This document shows positions 33,701-39,788 of a stretch of DNA of 59,932 nt, in pieces (positions within the stretch are counted from its first letter, which is position 1; each line of letters opens with the position of its first letter). The stretch spans positions 1-59,932 of the forward strand of contig JBEIFU010000001.1 in NCBI GenBank assembly GCA_040382295.1, written 5' to 3'. The stretch is from Alphaproteobacteria bacterium (GTDB lineage Bacteria > Pseudomonadota > Alphaproteobacteria > Micropepsales > Micropepsaceae). The translations under genes and the position numbers were made by a program. The notes beneath the pieces are model-generated. The model did no database searches. It saw only the letters and a program-made list of their open reading frames with translations, and was not told where the DNA came from.

Positions 33701-34988
33701 TGTCTGACGCGCGGTCGATCAGAGCCTGATGTTGAACCGCCCGTTCCTCGAGCCATTGACGGTATTCTGGATCGGCCTCCGCCCCTCTGGCGTAAACTAT
33801 GCGGGTATCGAAGTCTTGAAGTACGGTTTCAACGCTCGATGCCGGGAAGCCCTGCTCGTAGAGGTATATGATCATCTCTTGCGGATCAGTGAATGACCTG
33901 CCCTCTGGCGGCGATCCGGTAATGCCCTGATAGATGTCTGCAAGAATCCCCTCGGGGCCGATGGCTGCATCGTTGAACGATCTTACGCCCAATGAAAACT
34001 GCAGTGCCGGGAGTGTCGAGCGGGCGCGCAGAATACCGCGCGTCCAAGCCCGGCCTAGCGCCGTTCCCTCCGGGTTGTCGGGATTGTCCGGAACCAACTG
34101 CTCGGCCGTTTGGCTGATTGCGCCAGCCCGGGACGGCGGCAAGAGCGCGGCGCCAAGGCCCTCGGATACAGGCTGCAGCGGCCGTCCCTCGGTCTGGCCC
34201 AGCGCCTCGTTTCGCGCCTCAAGGCTGCGGTCGACCACCTCGGGGCGCGGCTGGGTGACGTTCCGCAGGCCCTCACCGACGATCGGGAACGGCATGGCGG
34301 ACATGACGGGCAGCATGTCAGGCCCGCTATAGGCGGCCGTCCCAAGGCCGGTGGCTGGGGCTGGCTGTGGCGCTGGTGCTGCCGTGGGGCCCGGGGATCC
34401 TGCTGGTCCGACCGCGCGCGGAAACTGCGCTGCCTGCTGGCGGATGTCGGCCTCTGGCGGTCGCATGGATCCCGGGCCGGTCAAGGCCGCACCCTCGGAC
34501 AGCTTGCTTTGCAGATCCGCGATCTCCGCCTCGAGCTGGGCCGCCTGCCCCTGCATGATCTCAAGACTGGATGGCGAGACCCCGGGCCGCCCCATCTGGG
34601 CGCGCAGGTCGTTGAGCGTCCGAACCCGCTGCTCGATCATGGCTTGCGCGGCGCGGGCGTTGCGATCGCCCATCTGGACGCCAAGCCCCATCGGGGCCGG
34701 GCTGTCCTGCGGCATCATCGGTGTCGCGTCACCCCCTCGAGTCGACGGGCGCGTGACGAGGCCGTTCACGCCAAACGGAGACTGCGTGGAATCGGCCGGG
34801 ATCACCGGGTCTGGAATCTGCGTGCTTCTGATCGCCGGGCTGGGCGTCTCTTGCGGCAGGGCCGGGGGCGTGCGCGTCGGCTCTGACCGGTTCGACGGGC
34901 TGCCGTACACTTCATCAAGGGAGAAGGTCTTTGGTTGCGCGGATGTCGTCCCGTAAACGTCATCCAGAGAGAATATCCGCTCAGCCAT
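21777..34988 (-). CDS. Giant polyvalent protein (4403 aa): ParB-like + N6-methyltransferase + strawberry-notch-like SF2 helicase + two HExxH metallopeptidase-like domains + a long C-terminal region
   Basis: Single uninterrupted ORF. Motifs are listed in the domain features below. GGAG lies 7 nt upstream of the ATG and there is a 3-nt gap to the preceding gene. Last gene of the virion operon. Confidence 0.9.
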   Translation of the reverse strand: MAERIFSLDDVYGTTSAQPKTFSLDEVYGSPSNRSEPTRTPPALPQETPSPAIRSTQIPDPVIPADSTQSPFGVNGLVTRPSTRGGDATPMMPQDSPAPMGLGVQMGDRNARAAQAMIEQRVRTLNDLRAQMGRPGVSPSSLEIMQGQAAQLEAEIADLQSKLSEGAALTGPGSMRPPEADIRQQAAQFPRAVGPAGSPGPTAAPAPQPAPATGLGTAAYSGPDMLPVMSAMPFPIVGEGLRNVTQPRPEVVDRSLEARNEALGQTEGRPLQPVSEGLGAALLPPSRAGAISQTAEQLVPDNPDNPEGTALGRAWTRGILRARSTLPALQFSLGVRSFNDAAIGPEGILADIYQGITGSPPEGRSFTDPQEMIIYLYEQGFPASSVETVLQDFDTRIVYARGAEADPEYRQWLEERAVQHQALIDRASDIPFSPAGQRLQRLFAEDDDTWGATLSTIAANPLDFTIFMSEVAAESLPVLAATTAVTVATRSPAAGVAALTAGSMAQEYGSSFNEMLQENNVSLETPADARAALENPELIADANRRGLLRSLVISAAEALGQGVAARALFKSELGDAVFNTFVQALTGGGGEAAARVVTGQEFSPREVIMEALAEAITAPIEWGNAVYAGERDRRNQDRLGGGPAGGPRLTPEEQANPVVPNDVMETGLAALDAIESGQPLPPKSGLGTAAQTVEAPAPVNVPTGAVDLDVLYGPAGGPAPETPAAETPSAPEAPTTGTTTTTAPAEAPVTAPAQESRPVNPDRVTTIDTPDNDPVDVETMVVEADSLLTSDQEGYPPELQPRDRDRAASQAQIERIANQPNPRRLDQSPETDRGSPITGMDGRVIESGNGRVIGLRRAYERGTAEEYRAYVQERYPEAAGMKNPVIIRRRVTDVASNFTTASNTPATLAMSASENARSDASLIDRSVIDLYRGGGMSSTSNRDMIRAFIGKLPQTAQGALVTKEGGLTVEGQRRFQTALFYRAYGDEKLLSRMSESLNDDIKSITGAMTEAAGRVVQLKAAIEAGEVDPSMDITPQIISAAQNIADFRTRDEDLKGARAQIDAFATPLDPIAELVQDAFFNPAGTRMVSKGRMQEFLEAYVDEAMKERIDQGNLPGVEPKPIRTPQEIVNEITADEEAAAPSLFGGGAGGGRPGNAQGGQAAQRPGNDGGRPQAGPETAPEETGTEPVTPPAPAPQPPEAPAPAPTPPKAEKPAPAPAQRPAAPRPAAKPAVKQPLLSPEKQAEADDLAAQIDEALRTQLNAGLDPKIFMLTVRLGELYVEGGLRRFREYAISIADKLKRPLAELSRMLRDSYNSIRGEMEVQGESIADMDDDRAVMQEMARLIREEKEAAEAQPEPDPEPEPEPEPMTPEAWRAAITDGFLAEFRKGVGFKTIVEARALVKDLTGTAYSPDMAKDLEEAIEVAVVLRARELVAEGNEAGQSEAEIYSDMMDLYESQPKLAQRTSTSMLMQAYSTPAPLAYLASRLGKAGPNKTTYEPTAGNGMLLMEANPAKVIANEMQAERVEGLRRVLGDKAKITEGDAMTHEPGSYSLLLTNPPFGKVRSDTGIVQTFTMGDGTTTEIDHAIVMKGLEGLPENGMAVLIIGGKKETDIDARKKAYQGEMTRRFYKQLYDGYWVSEHFTVDGRLYERQGAGWPVDVIVIAGKGKNATKPYPTKVPPPIYTTWQELGERLDGKNTLDPRRVDAGDRDGGDTAPGQTANAGKLPAGPRGQDQSDGPGGGAGDGGTASRPDGGAGGRPVRSPVAGTGGGADVGGVRDPAGTSGSVQPDVADPARPDQTGQEDGSGGGTEPGTGEADRVPGSGVPRPDLDRQNLEVETVFQVQYEPRSKATFAVGTLVPRNMQAAMSRALDALEARVGDIDAFVAKELGYTLDELLGSADQAVGGYFSAEQVDALALAIDNVSKGKGFIIGDQTGVGKGRFVAAMLRYAMLKGLTPVFITKDSALYSDMIRDMRDIGMPKIHESVMVTNPDLRGKDAVPLSSEPEDKLYSMTAKPLGKAMTTMQATGRLPDGQKMLFTTYSQMQQVKGRDTERMNAMRAVAGNAMFVLDESHEAGGGRPNDRADDDKVPRSAFIRELLQGAQGVVYSSATYAKNPYVMSLYSATDLALSVGSIDDLADMIVKGGVPLQQVISNMLVDSGQYARRERSYDGIKMDPEIYITDRALAERGAGVLRAILNLDIDVMEDVRKSFIDGMKQEAEAMADDLSTGSSGLKSQGFASVMHNVAAQFLLAIKVPSAIEEAIALFRDGKKPIIALSNTNASIMTEHMAAVGARVGEKFDLPFNVILERYLRRLRRVTRKIDKDTKEYIYLTDDDIIEHGGQQALDAFEEARQFVLNADLGGLAGSPIDAIMDGLRAAGINVGEITGRSMIIEDGIITKRESSGAGKKRVMNDYNSGALDALVINRSGSTGFSMHATNKPGNDGKPRHMIILQAEPNIDLFMQMLGRIHRTGQTQLPGFTIGISDLSVEKRPAAVLMRKMASLNANTTASKKGAVSLDNVTDFINQYGDIVVANFLRENPVYSAMVDIWPGDNNTDIASKFTGRLVSFPPDLVDEIYDEIETSYKDMIDNLDRMGMNALEAKVLELDAKTINQTELVPASDETSPFGRAAFIETVDVKKIGRSYTAEQVNEEVARALDGKSADAFVTEQTKTLRDAMPAQEQVLRDRLAAQEERLEKAETDKQKDKAQDAINRTIADIGAQQQRLMDITRMLGDLRPGRHGSITVQVSADEATTYSAVALGVDITKASRRPTAASAMTVRIAVADAAKEIRVPLSRLMGDMPDYRWNPSPAFTQSQIMRQFDLGQTESRETRQMITGNIPAGFAQLERGLITYYTDSDGNLKQGVLLPANFDAARAMADQPVRFPEISMVTEFLQGNPGSRVVTDEDNILRVSFMQSGQFAVIVTAKGGNKYVKNRAVIALVGDFMKRQDKIWRKDMSRADLERVLKIYADNLGTEYETNVDKNEARAITGETLPDIPSRDGQERARFSKAKGPTDTATNLSKRAQREQLGGGLEVERPATPFDKIKARSIALNLKKEASKLGLPDIDVDVVEKLFGVLGDGTTIEADGAFFSGMITVALDTETSGVNPSAIGTLRHEVIHALRSSRLWSGSPYGLFRKAEWDALERWALGQTDLLAEQRREYGGMGLTEEQILEEVIAEGFARWVAGQKQTGFVRSAFERIMSLIEAFRSALRGEGFTTAESVLSKINAGAVGRRGQQMTAETAGGVRYMFAGERASRNLDKAGEGGRKIMLADAKKMEKNGATRDEIIAKTGWFKGADGKWRFEINDIGSAIKPDAMLELRGNFQADPWAVNTDYMAKLEDILDHPELYDAFPILGAKTIDVALDRRLKGPTRGAFYKATPLNRARITLNPSLTADEIRDVILHELQHSVQNIEGFQTGGNIEGGRSAALVAKTGLTPEQVYVRLAGEVEARNVQRRQDFTEGQRGQIPPWMTEDVAPDQQILESMGGPSMSISERAAEVRFAKAQRGANRVASAMVGQPVTSGVTMQTPVKHRKESFLRTVMTQPIDAAFRIPFMAVGGLDQYGRWNYGKAAEKVIRNLVVEQKMGFMSPLVERVRAGIVDRYGLPEEYVERDRRRGVDEAILTAEGKEHIDAIAKANLSVDELKTLQAIMTGEELPSATMENLSEPIRKAIDQMGLEAVELGLISRESYERNKGKYLHRVYAKGEEDVGSLEAMVRALGRSRRRRIVGDQFKGRGIFKEVAIERIFKDNEAFLGARRGKPQVGEMIRVLEVRSTSNIDPLTGMESPSGRMVRRVYLPADQQIPASIDNYDDRGTFEVRGENNGKVTLWRDFTKAERAKMGEILDARYTIAKTYQLMAHDLATGRFFADIAKNEQWATKKPPADAKVDENPERRGFLSRIFINTDLEWVKVPDAKIAKSQAARYGALAGMYVRADIWRDMEELRQLQSPFFYQKILTQWKLNKTARNPVVHMNNMMSNWMFMDMADVRTEDLFAGVASYIRGDADYQEAAQAGAFGADFVTSEIRDNVLQPLLQQIADEMRGGKGGLEGEFGKIGLVMDKIVGALKAVDGGMLRAYQLEDQLFRMALYLRRRKQGATIDEAAIEARDQFLNYDIRAPWINVARTTVLPFIGYTYRAIPKIAQTMAERPWKIAKYIIITQALNTLAYAVAPSDDDEEDERNSMREDQQGKTWIGVPFTDIGLPRMMRMPWLQDEMPVFLDVRRWIPAGDVFDLQGDIPSWLQVGGPLMIGMELYLNKTAFTGEEIFNPLTDTFSERMAARADYLWKSYMPSAVWIPNSWYQEQLLRAVMGDARQWNSNAPYDPGAALLNSFGVKLKPQDVETGFVSWQIEFDRINRELDAKERSLVRQFERNMIDERALDRAVDRINGQRDRLYERQMDIMPE
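24549..25136 (-). other. Domain: second HExxH module, about aa 3285-3480
   Basis: 'TGWFKGADGKWRFEINDIG' followed by 'VILHELQHSVQNIEGFQTGG' (HELQH = 24765..24779) and 'GEVEARNVQRR'. Confidence 0.5.
25269..25871 (-). other. Domain: zincin-like metallopeptidase 1, about aa 3040-3240
   Basis: 'GTLRHEVIHALRSS' (HEVIH = 25632..25646). Confidence 0.5.
27309..29462 (-). other. Domain: SF2 helicase, strawberry-notch-like, about aa 1843-2560
   Basis: Walker A 'GDQTGVGKGR' (aa 1931-1940), motif II 'FVLDESHE' (aa 2065-2072), motif VI 'LGRIHRTGQ' (aa 2463-2471). Confidence 0.8.
29504..29911 (-). CDS. Embedded +1-frame ORF (135 aa from the ATG) inside the methylase-helicase linker
   Basis: 'MEKIRWTPEGSMQGIGTVEIPRPVRPLTLENYRLALAAKINRMVREAG...'. 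GGGAGAG lies 9 nt upstream of the ATG. The GC3>GC1>GC2 pattern belongs to this frame, not to the megaprotein frame. Confidence 0.4.
   Translation of the reverse strand: MEKIRWTPEGSMQGIGTVEIPRPVRPLTLENYRLALAAKINRMVREAGPATAAQLLAQTVERVDGLSAARWLEQVGELMSEESETLQERAGVFSQMWPIQPDQIKPDKRMDLEVGPNPEPERLIEFLGRVYHGLT
29949..30671 (-). other. Domain: N6-adenine DNA methyltransferase, about aa 1440-1680
   Basis: Motif I 'YEPTAGNGMLL' (aa 1496) and motif IV 'LLLTNPPFGK' (NPPF = 30312..30323). Confidence 0.8.
32304..32666 (-). other. Domain: ParB/Srx-like (DdrB-ParB type), about aa 775-895
   Basis: 'PPELQPRDRDRAASQAQIERIANQPNPRRL...PITGMDGRVIESGNGRVIGLRRAYERG'. Confidence 0.55.
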
Positions 34989-34991
34989 AAA

Positions 34992-36404
34992 TCACTCCAT
35001 TGCGACGAGGTTGGTTCCATCGAACCGCGCTGTGATGGTCTGGCCATCTCTCCTGAACGTATAGACCTGTCCCGTCACAAGATCATCCCTGTTTGTTGGG
35101 AGGGGCTGTGCTTGCCTTGTCGGCTCGGTCCCTGCTGCCCCGCCAAGACCAGTCGGCGCCGCCGGATCTGCAGGAAGCGGCGAATCTGCGGTTGATGCAG
35201 CCCGACGGTCTTCCTCGGTCTGGCCGTCATAGTTGAACGTCCCTGTGAACCGCTGAGCAGTTTGAGCTGGGGTGTCGCTGATCCAGCCGCTCTCAGCCGG
35301 GCGCGTCTCGACCGTGTCAAACTGCATGCCGCCAATCGCCTTGGCATAGGCAGCCGTCTCGCTCAGGTTCTCCTCGGTCATCAGGCGCAGAACTTCTTCC
35401 GCGACAACTGCAATGAGGTTCGGATCTGGCTGCGGATCTCGCCCGGGGCTGCTTGGAAGCATCACAGCCGGAAGGTTCTCAATCCTTGTCAGCGTGGTGG
35501 ATTTCAGGTCTGCCGGATCCTCATCCGCGCGATCGGACGCTGATGGCGTGTTGGTCTCGATCACCGGCTTTCCGTCGACCCCCATGACCTCGACAGTCTG
35601 GCCCCGTGAGTTGGTCCCCATGCGGGTTTTCGTGCCGTCGCCGTTGTCGCGCCAGAAAGGATTGGTGACGCCCTCATCTGGCTGCACCCCGATTCCAAGG
35701 CCGGTGCGGATATCGTCCCGGACAGATTCCGGAACATCCGGGTTTGCAAGAACATCGAAGACCGCACTCATGTCCGTTGAGAGGCCACCGTGCGTGCGCG
35801 CATAGTCGGAGAGATTGGTGCCATTGGAATCGGCCGGATCGTACTCCCCGTTGCTCTCGAGGAAGTTTCTCATTCCGCCCTGACCGCCAAGATGGGCCAT
35901 CGCGATCATGCCAGATCGCGTGATCGGAACCCCGTTGATCGTCTGGCCAGCAAAGCGTTCCTCAAGGTTGTTGCGGTCGATGAAGTCGTTGATGTCTTGG
36001 AAGTGCCATTGCTCGACCTCCACCTGCAGATCCGGATTAGCCCGAAACTGGTCGATGGAAATACGAGGCGCCCCATTGGCGCTGGCCCAATCATCCAACC
36101 GGCCCTGACCAAACTGGCTGCGCCCAACATAGCCTTCTGAGTTGGCCGCGTTGAAGTTGCCCCCGCTCTCGGTCCCGAAAAGGCTTTCGTAGACGTTGGA
36201 AACGTCGGATGTGAGCTGGTCCTGACGGTCAATGCCGCGCTGGTAATCGGCGTTCTGCCAATCCCGGTCCTGCTGACGGTCCTGCAGTTGCCATTTCCGC
36301 TCCTGCGCGCGAAGGGCTTCCTCGCGCTTCATGCGGGCGTTCTCAACCATCTGGCCGCCCATGCCCCCTGCCGCGCCCGCCAGAATGAGTCCAAGTCCTG
36401 CCAT
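34992..36404 (-). CDS. Internal virion protein with a lytic transglycosylase-like domain
   Basis: N-terminal TM 'GLGLILAGAAGG', then 'LFGTESGGNFNAANSEGYVGRSQFG...MIAMAHLGGQGG', which is SLT/lysozyme-like. Confidence 0.55.
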   Translation of the reverse strand: MAGLGLILAGAAGGMGGQMVENARMKREEALRAQERKWQLQDRQQDRDWQNADYQRGIDRQDQLTSDVSNVYESLFGTESGGNFNAANSEGYVGRSQFGQGRLDDWASANGAPRISIDQFRANPDLQVEVEQWHFQDINDFIDRNNLEERFAGQTINGVPITRSGMIAMAHLGGQGGMRNFLESNGEYDPADSNGTNLSDYARTHGGLSTDMSAVFDVLANPDVPESVRDDIRTGLGIGVQPDEGVTNPFWRDNGDGTKTRMGTNSRGQTVEVMGVDGKPVIETNTPSASDRADEDPADLKSTTLTRIENLPAVMLPSSPGRDPQPDPNLIAVVAEEVLRLMTEENLSETAAYAKAIGGMQFDTVETRPAESGWISDTPAQTAQRFTGTFNYDGQTEEDRRAASTADSPLPADPAAPTGLGGAAGTEPTRQAQPLPTNRDDLVTGQVYTFRRDGQTITARFDGTNLVAME

Positions 36405-36409
36405 CGAAG

Positions 36410-37033
36410 TTACATCCCTGCTGGCGCGGCTGGTGGCGGCGCGGTTGCCATCTCGTCAGTCTGTGCTGACACATCCCCTGTCATTGCCTGCAGCTCGCCA
36501 GACTGGCTCATCTGCTGCAGAGCCGCTGCGTCCTGGGCCTTCATGTCATCGCCATAAAGACCCTGCGCCGCAGCCTGCTGCCCGATCAGATCCATGGCGG
36601 CATAATAGCTCTTGTCGATCATGGCTTGGTCGAACTCCGCGACCTTGGATTTCTCCGCCAGCTCCACCACCGCCTCGACGATCTCGATCACGGCGTTCAT
36701 GACCACATCGCCGGGAAGCTCAACGCCACTCTCCTTGGCCGAGTCGTAAACCCGCTGCGTGATCCCCGCGACAACCTGCCCGACCTTGTCCTCGATCGCG
36801 CCGCCCGGGGCGCGCAACATATCGAGGGTCTTCGGCATCATCTTCTTGTCGTAGAGAGCCAAGAAAGACATGCTCACAAACTTGTCGTACATCTCTTGTT
36901 CTTCGGGGCTGGCCGCCTCGGTCCCCATCGACATCTCAGGCTGTGGCGCGGCTGCCATAGGCGCGGCTGGGCCGGGAGCCGGGGCCGCTGCTGGCGCCAT
37001 CGGTTGCTGCATTGCCATTCCAAGACCGGCCAT
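36410..37033 (-). CDS. Putative internal virion protein (207 aa)
   Basis: Position in the ejection-protein block. Pro/Ala-rich ends and a helical core. Confidence 0.45.
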   Translation of the reverse strand: MAGLGMAMQQPMAPAAAPAPGPAAPMAAAPQPEMSMGTEAASPEEQEMYDKFVSMSFLALYDKKMMPKTLDMLRAPGGAIEDKVGQVVAGITQRVYDSAKESGVELPGDVVMNAVIEIVEAVVELAEKSKVAEFDQAMIDKSYYAAMDLIGQQAAAQGLYGDDMKAQDAAALQQMSQSGELQAMTGDVSAQTDEMATAPPPAAPAGM

Positions 37034-37044
37034 AGGTGTTCTCC

Positions 37045-37767
37045 TTATGAGTAGACGATCGCCTGCGATTCACGGTCATAGCGGACCCGTGGGCGGCGCG
37101 GCTGTTCTGATGCTGGCCTGACGGCTGGACGCCCGGCGGGATTGGCCATGGGCGCTGTCGGCTGAGCCATTGCGGCCGGGGCTGCTGCCGATGCAGAGCT
37201 TGCCATCCTTGCGGTCTCGGCCGGCCCGCGCGCCATTGGGGCGGATCCGTTGCGAGCTGGTGCGCCAAGCCCGGTTTTCCCTGTCATCGGTGACGACGAG
37301 CCGAACATCATTGCTTCGCCCGCGCCCTCGTAGCTGGCCTTGAGGCGGTTTTCCTCGTCAATCCGAGACTGCTCCTCCGCCTCCTGAGCCTGCCCGGTGA
37401 AATAGCCCTGAGCCGCGCCCTGCACCGCGCTTCCGATCATGGCATTGCTGCCCAGATTGGACAGGAAGCCGCCCAGGCCGGTGCCCGTTGCTGCAGTCGC
37501 GCCCGTTGCTGCGGTGGCTGCACCTGTGGCCCCGGCCGCCGCACCCCCGCCGAACAGGTTCGAGACCCAAGACCCGACGCTGCCAAAGAGGCCGCCACCT
37601 CCTGCGGCGGCGCCAGTAGCTGCGGTCCCGGCACCAGCGCCAGCGACAAGTCCAAAGCCGCCGGTCAGGAAGGCAACCCCGGCGATGATCGCGACTGGAC
37701 CGATCTTCTTGACGAAGTCGCCCACCTTGCGGAACACCTTCTTGATCCCGCTGACAAGACCGCTCAT
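37045..37767 (-). CDS. Gly/Ala-rich membrane-associated internal virion protein (240 aa)
   Basis: TM 'IGPVAIIAGVAFLTGGFGLVAGAGAG' followed by long G/A repeats. Confidence 0.45.
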   Translation of the reverse strand: MSGLVSGIKKVFRKVGDFVKKIGPVAIIAGVAFLTGGFGLVAGAGAGTAATGAAAGGGGLFGSVGSWVSNLFGGGAAAGATGAATAATGATAATGTGLGGFLSNLGSNAMIGSAVQGAAQGYFTGQAQEAEEQSRIDEENRLKASYEGAGEAMMFGSSSPMTGKTGLGAPARNGSAPMARGPAETARMASSASAAAPAAMAQPTAPMANPAGRPAVRPASEQPRRPRVRYDRESQAIVYS

Positions 37768-38255
37768 TTCAAGATCTCCCGTTCATACACAAAACCCGTC
37801 TCCGTCATCTTTGCCCGCTTGAGCAGAGCCTTAGACCGAGAAGGATCCACGATCGCGTTCGTGTTTGCCTGCCTGATCAGCCTCACATCCGGACATGACA
37901 CTGCCCACTTGTGCATCGCGCGCAGCAATCGTGCCCCAGACTGCGCATGTGCGTTGTCTCGCGCATACCACAAAAGATCTGTCGCCTCGAGTACGTCCAT
38001 GACGTGATAAATCGGCTGCAGGATCCCTATGATGAACGCCTCGACATCTCCGCCACGGTCAGCCACGGCGCAGAAGGTCCCGCCGCTGGTCTTTGCGCCG
38101 TTGCGCTGCATGCACTGCACGAAGAAAGCCTTGCCCCGCTGCTCATCATAGGGGCCAAAACGGCCATAATCAGACCGGCGATGGGCATCACCAAGCAGGG
38201 CGGCCAGCGACGGGATGTCACTGAACGTCATGGTCCTGATTGATGCTCTCGTCAT
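37764..38255 (-). CDS. GNAT-family N-acetyltransferase (putative)
   Basis: 'AFIIGILQPIYHVMDVLEATDLLWYARDNAHAQSGARLLRAMHKWA' is acetyl-CoA-binding-motif-like. Start MTRASI at 38255. Confidence 0.5.
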   Translation of the reverse strand: MTRASIRTMTFSDIPSLAALLGDAHRRSDYGRFGPYDEQRGKAFFVQCMQRNGAKTSGGTFCAVADRGGDVEAFIIGILQPIYHVMDVLEATDLLWYARDNAHAQSGARLLRAMHKWAVSCPDVRLIRQANTNAIVDPSRSKALLKRAKMTETGFVYEREILK

Positions 38256-38262
38256 CTGATGC

Positions 38263-39381
38263 TCAATTCCTCGTCGTTCGGGGGGATGTGGTCGTGTTGT
38301 CACGCCCGCCGCCGCCGCCAGATCCAGCCCAAGGGTTTGCCGGCCAATCAAAAGCTGTGTCGTACAGGTCCTCGGCATAGTTGACCTGCGTCTTGACCAG
38401 ATCCTGCGCCGCCTTGATCTGGCTTCTCCGCTCAGCGGCGGTCAGGTTGGGGTTCGCCAGAATGTTTGAAACCATCGTGTTGTAGCTCGAGAAGGCGTTG
38501 CCGATCATGGTGTTCACGGCGTTCCGGTCGGCACCTGCATCGTCTCTCCGCGCAAGAGACCTTTGCAACTGGCGGTTCAACTGTGCCTGTGCTTCCTGAA
38601 ACGCCCTGTCATCAGCGGACTCGTCGGCCTTGAATAGGCGATCAAGCTGGTTCTGGTTTGCGGTGAAACTGTTCTGCGCGTTGGTCATCCGTTCCTCGAA
38701 GGTCTGGGCCCTGCCCTGAACGGTCAGCTCCTGAGCGCGATCGAGCTGGTTCTGACTACCCTGAAACCTTTGCTCTGCACCCAGAATCCGCTCTTGGGTT
38801 TCCCGGTTGAACCCTTCCAGAAGCAGGTTTTGCCGCGTCCCAAGCCCGCTCAGGTTCTTCTGAAATGACTGCTGCGCGTCCTGGCTGGCGATTGGAACCA
38901 CATAATCCAACGTTGCCGCTTGCGCCGCGCCAGCCGCCATGGAGCTGTTGAGAAGCCCGCGCGATGCTGCCGTTGCCAGCCCCTTGTTGGCGGCATTCTG
39001 CATCATCAAGCTATCTTTGCTCGAATACTCATTGACCCGGTCATAGGTGCTGTCGGCCCGCCCGTCGTATTGAGGGTTGTTCGGGTCGTTCGGATCGCCT
39101 CCAAAGGTTCCCGCTGGGGCGCCGAGTCCGGTCGGCTGTGCGGCTGCCGGGGCTGCGGCTGGTGCGGCTGCTGGCGGCGTTGCCTGTGTCGGGGTGGTGG
39201 CTGTGGCGGGTGCCCCTGTAGAAGGAGTTGTTGTTGCAGGGGCGGCGGTGCTCGCCGGTGTCCTGATAGGCGGCGTGGGCGGTGTCGTGACGACGCCTTT
39301 GGGCTTGACCTTTGGGCGCGTCGGATTGCCGCCGGGGGTCATCAGACTTCTGTTTACAAGTTTCACCTCAGTAGCCCTCAC
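38263..39381 (-). CDS. Structural/internal protein with a Pro/Thr/Ala-rich N-terminus and a Gln-rich coiled coil (start uncertain)
   Basis: Long ORF with GTG starts at 39381 or 39366. Confidence 0.5.
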   Translation of the reverse strand: MRATEVKLVNRSLMTPGGNPTRPKVKPKGVVTTPPTPPIRTPASTAAPATTTPSTGAPATATTPTQATPPAAAPAAAPAAAQPTGLGAPAGTFGGDPNDPNNPQYDGRADSTYDRVNEYSSKDSLMMQNAANKGLATAASRGLLNSSMAAGAAQAATLDYVVPIASQDAQQSFQKNLSGLGTRQNLLLEGFNRETQERILGAEQRFQGSQNQLDRAQELTVQGRAQTFEERMTNAQNSFTANQNQLDRLFKADESADDRAFQEAQAQLNRQLQRSLARRDDAGADRNAVNTMIGNAFSSYNTMVSNILANPNLTAAERRSQIKAAQDLVKTQVNYAEDLYDTAFDWPANPWAGSGGGGGRDNTTTSPRTTRN

Positions 39382-39437
39382 CTTTTTGCTTGACCGGAAG
39401 CATATACGAAAAAACTGGAATCACCCAGACATCAAAA

Positions 39438-39767
39438 TCATCCCAGATCCGCGTACACCTTGACCCGGATGTAACCGTCATTCGGGAAGGTCTCGATCTT
39501 GCCGTTTGAATAGGTGACCTCAAACTCCGCGTTGTAGACGCCGACCGTGTCCGTGTCTGCCGATATCCACTCATACTCGACAATGCCGTCCGTTGCATCG
39601 CCAACAACATCCACCGCCGCCCGCGTGATCGTCGCGGTCCCAGACGTGGTTTTCATGTTCAAAACGACGGTCGCGCCGGTCAGGTTTGGAGTCGGACTTA
39701 GCTCATATTGAAGGGTCGGAGACGTGTCGCCACGCTTGATCGTGAAGGTCTCTATTACAGACGACAT
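39438..39767 (-). CDS. Ig-like/BppU-N-like small structural protein (109 aa)
   Basis: 'FTIKRGDTSPTLQYEL...GATVVLNMK...GIVEYEWISADTDTVGVYNAEFEVTYSNGKIETFPNDGYIRVKV'. Confidence 0.45.
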   Translation of the reverse strand: MSSVIETFTIKRGDTSPTLQYELSPTPNLTGATVVLNMKTTSGTATITRAAVDVVGDATDGIVEYEWISADTDTVGVYNAEFEVTYSNGKIETFPNDGYIRVKVYADLG

Positions 39768-39788
39768 GGTGTGCCCCTTTCATATGGC

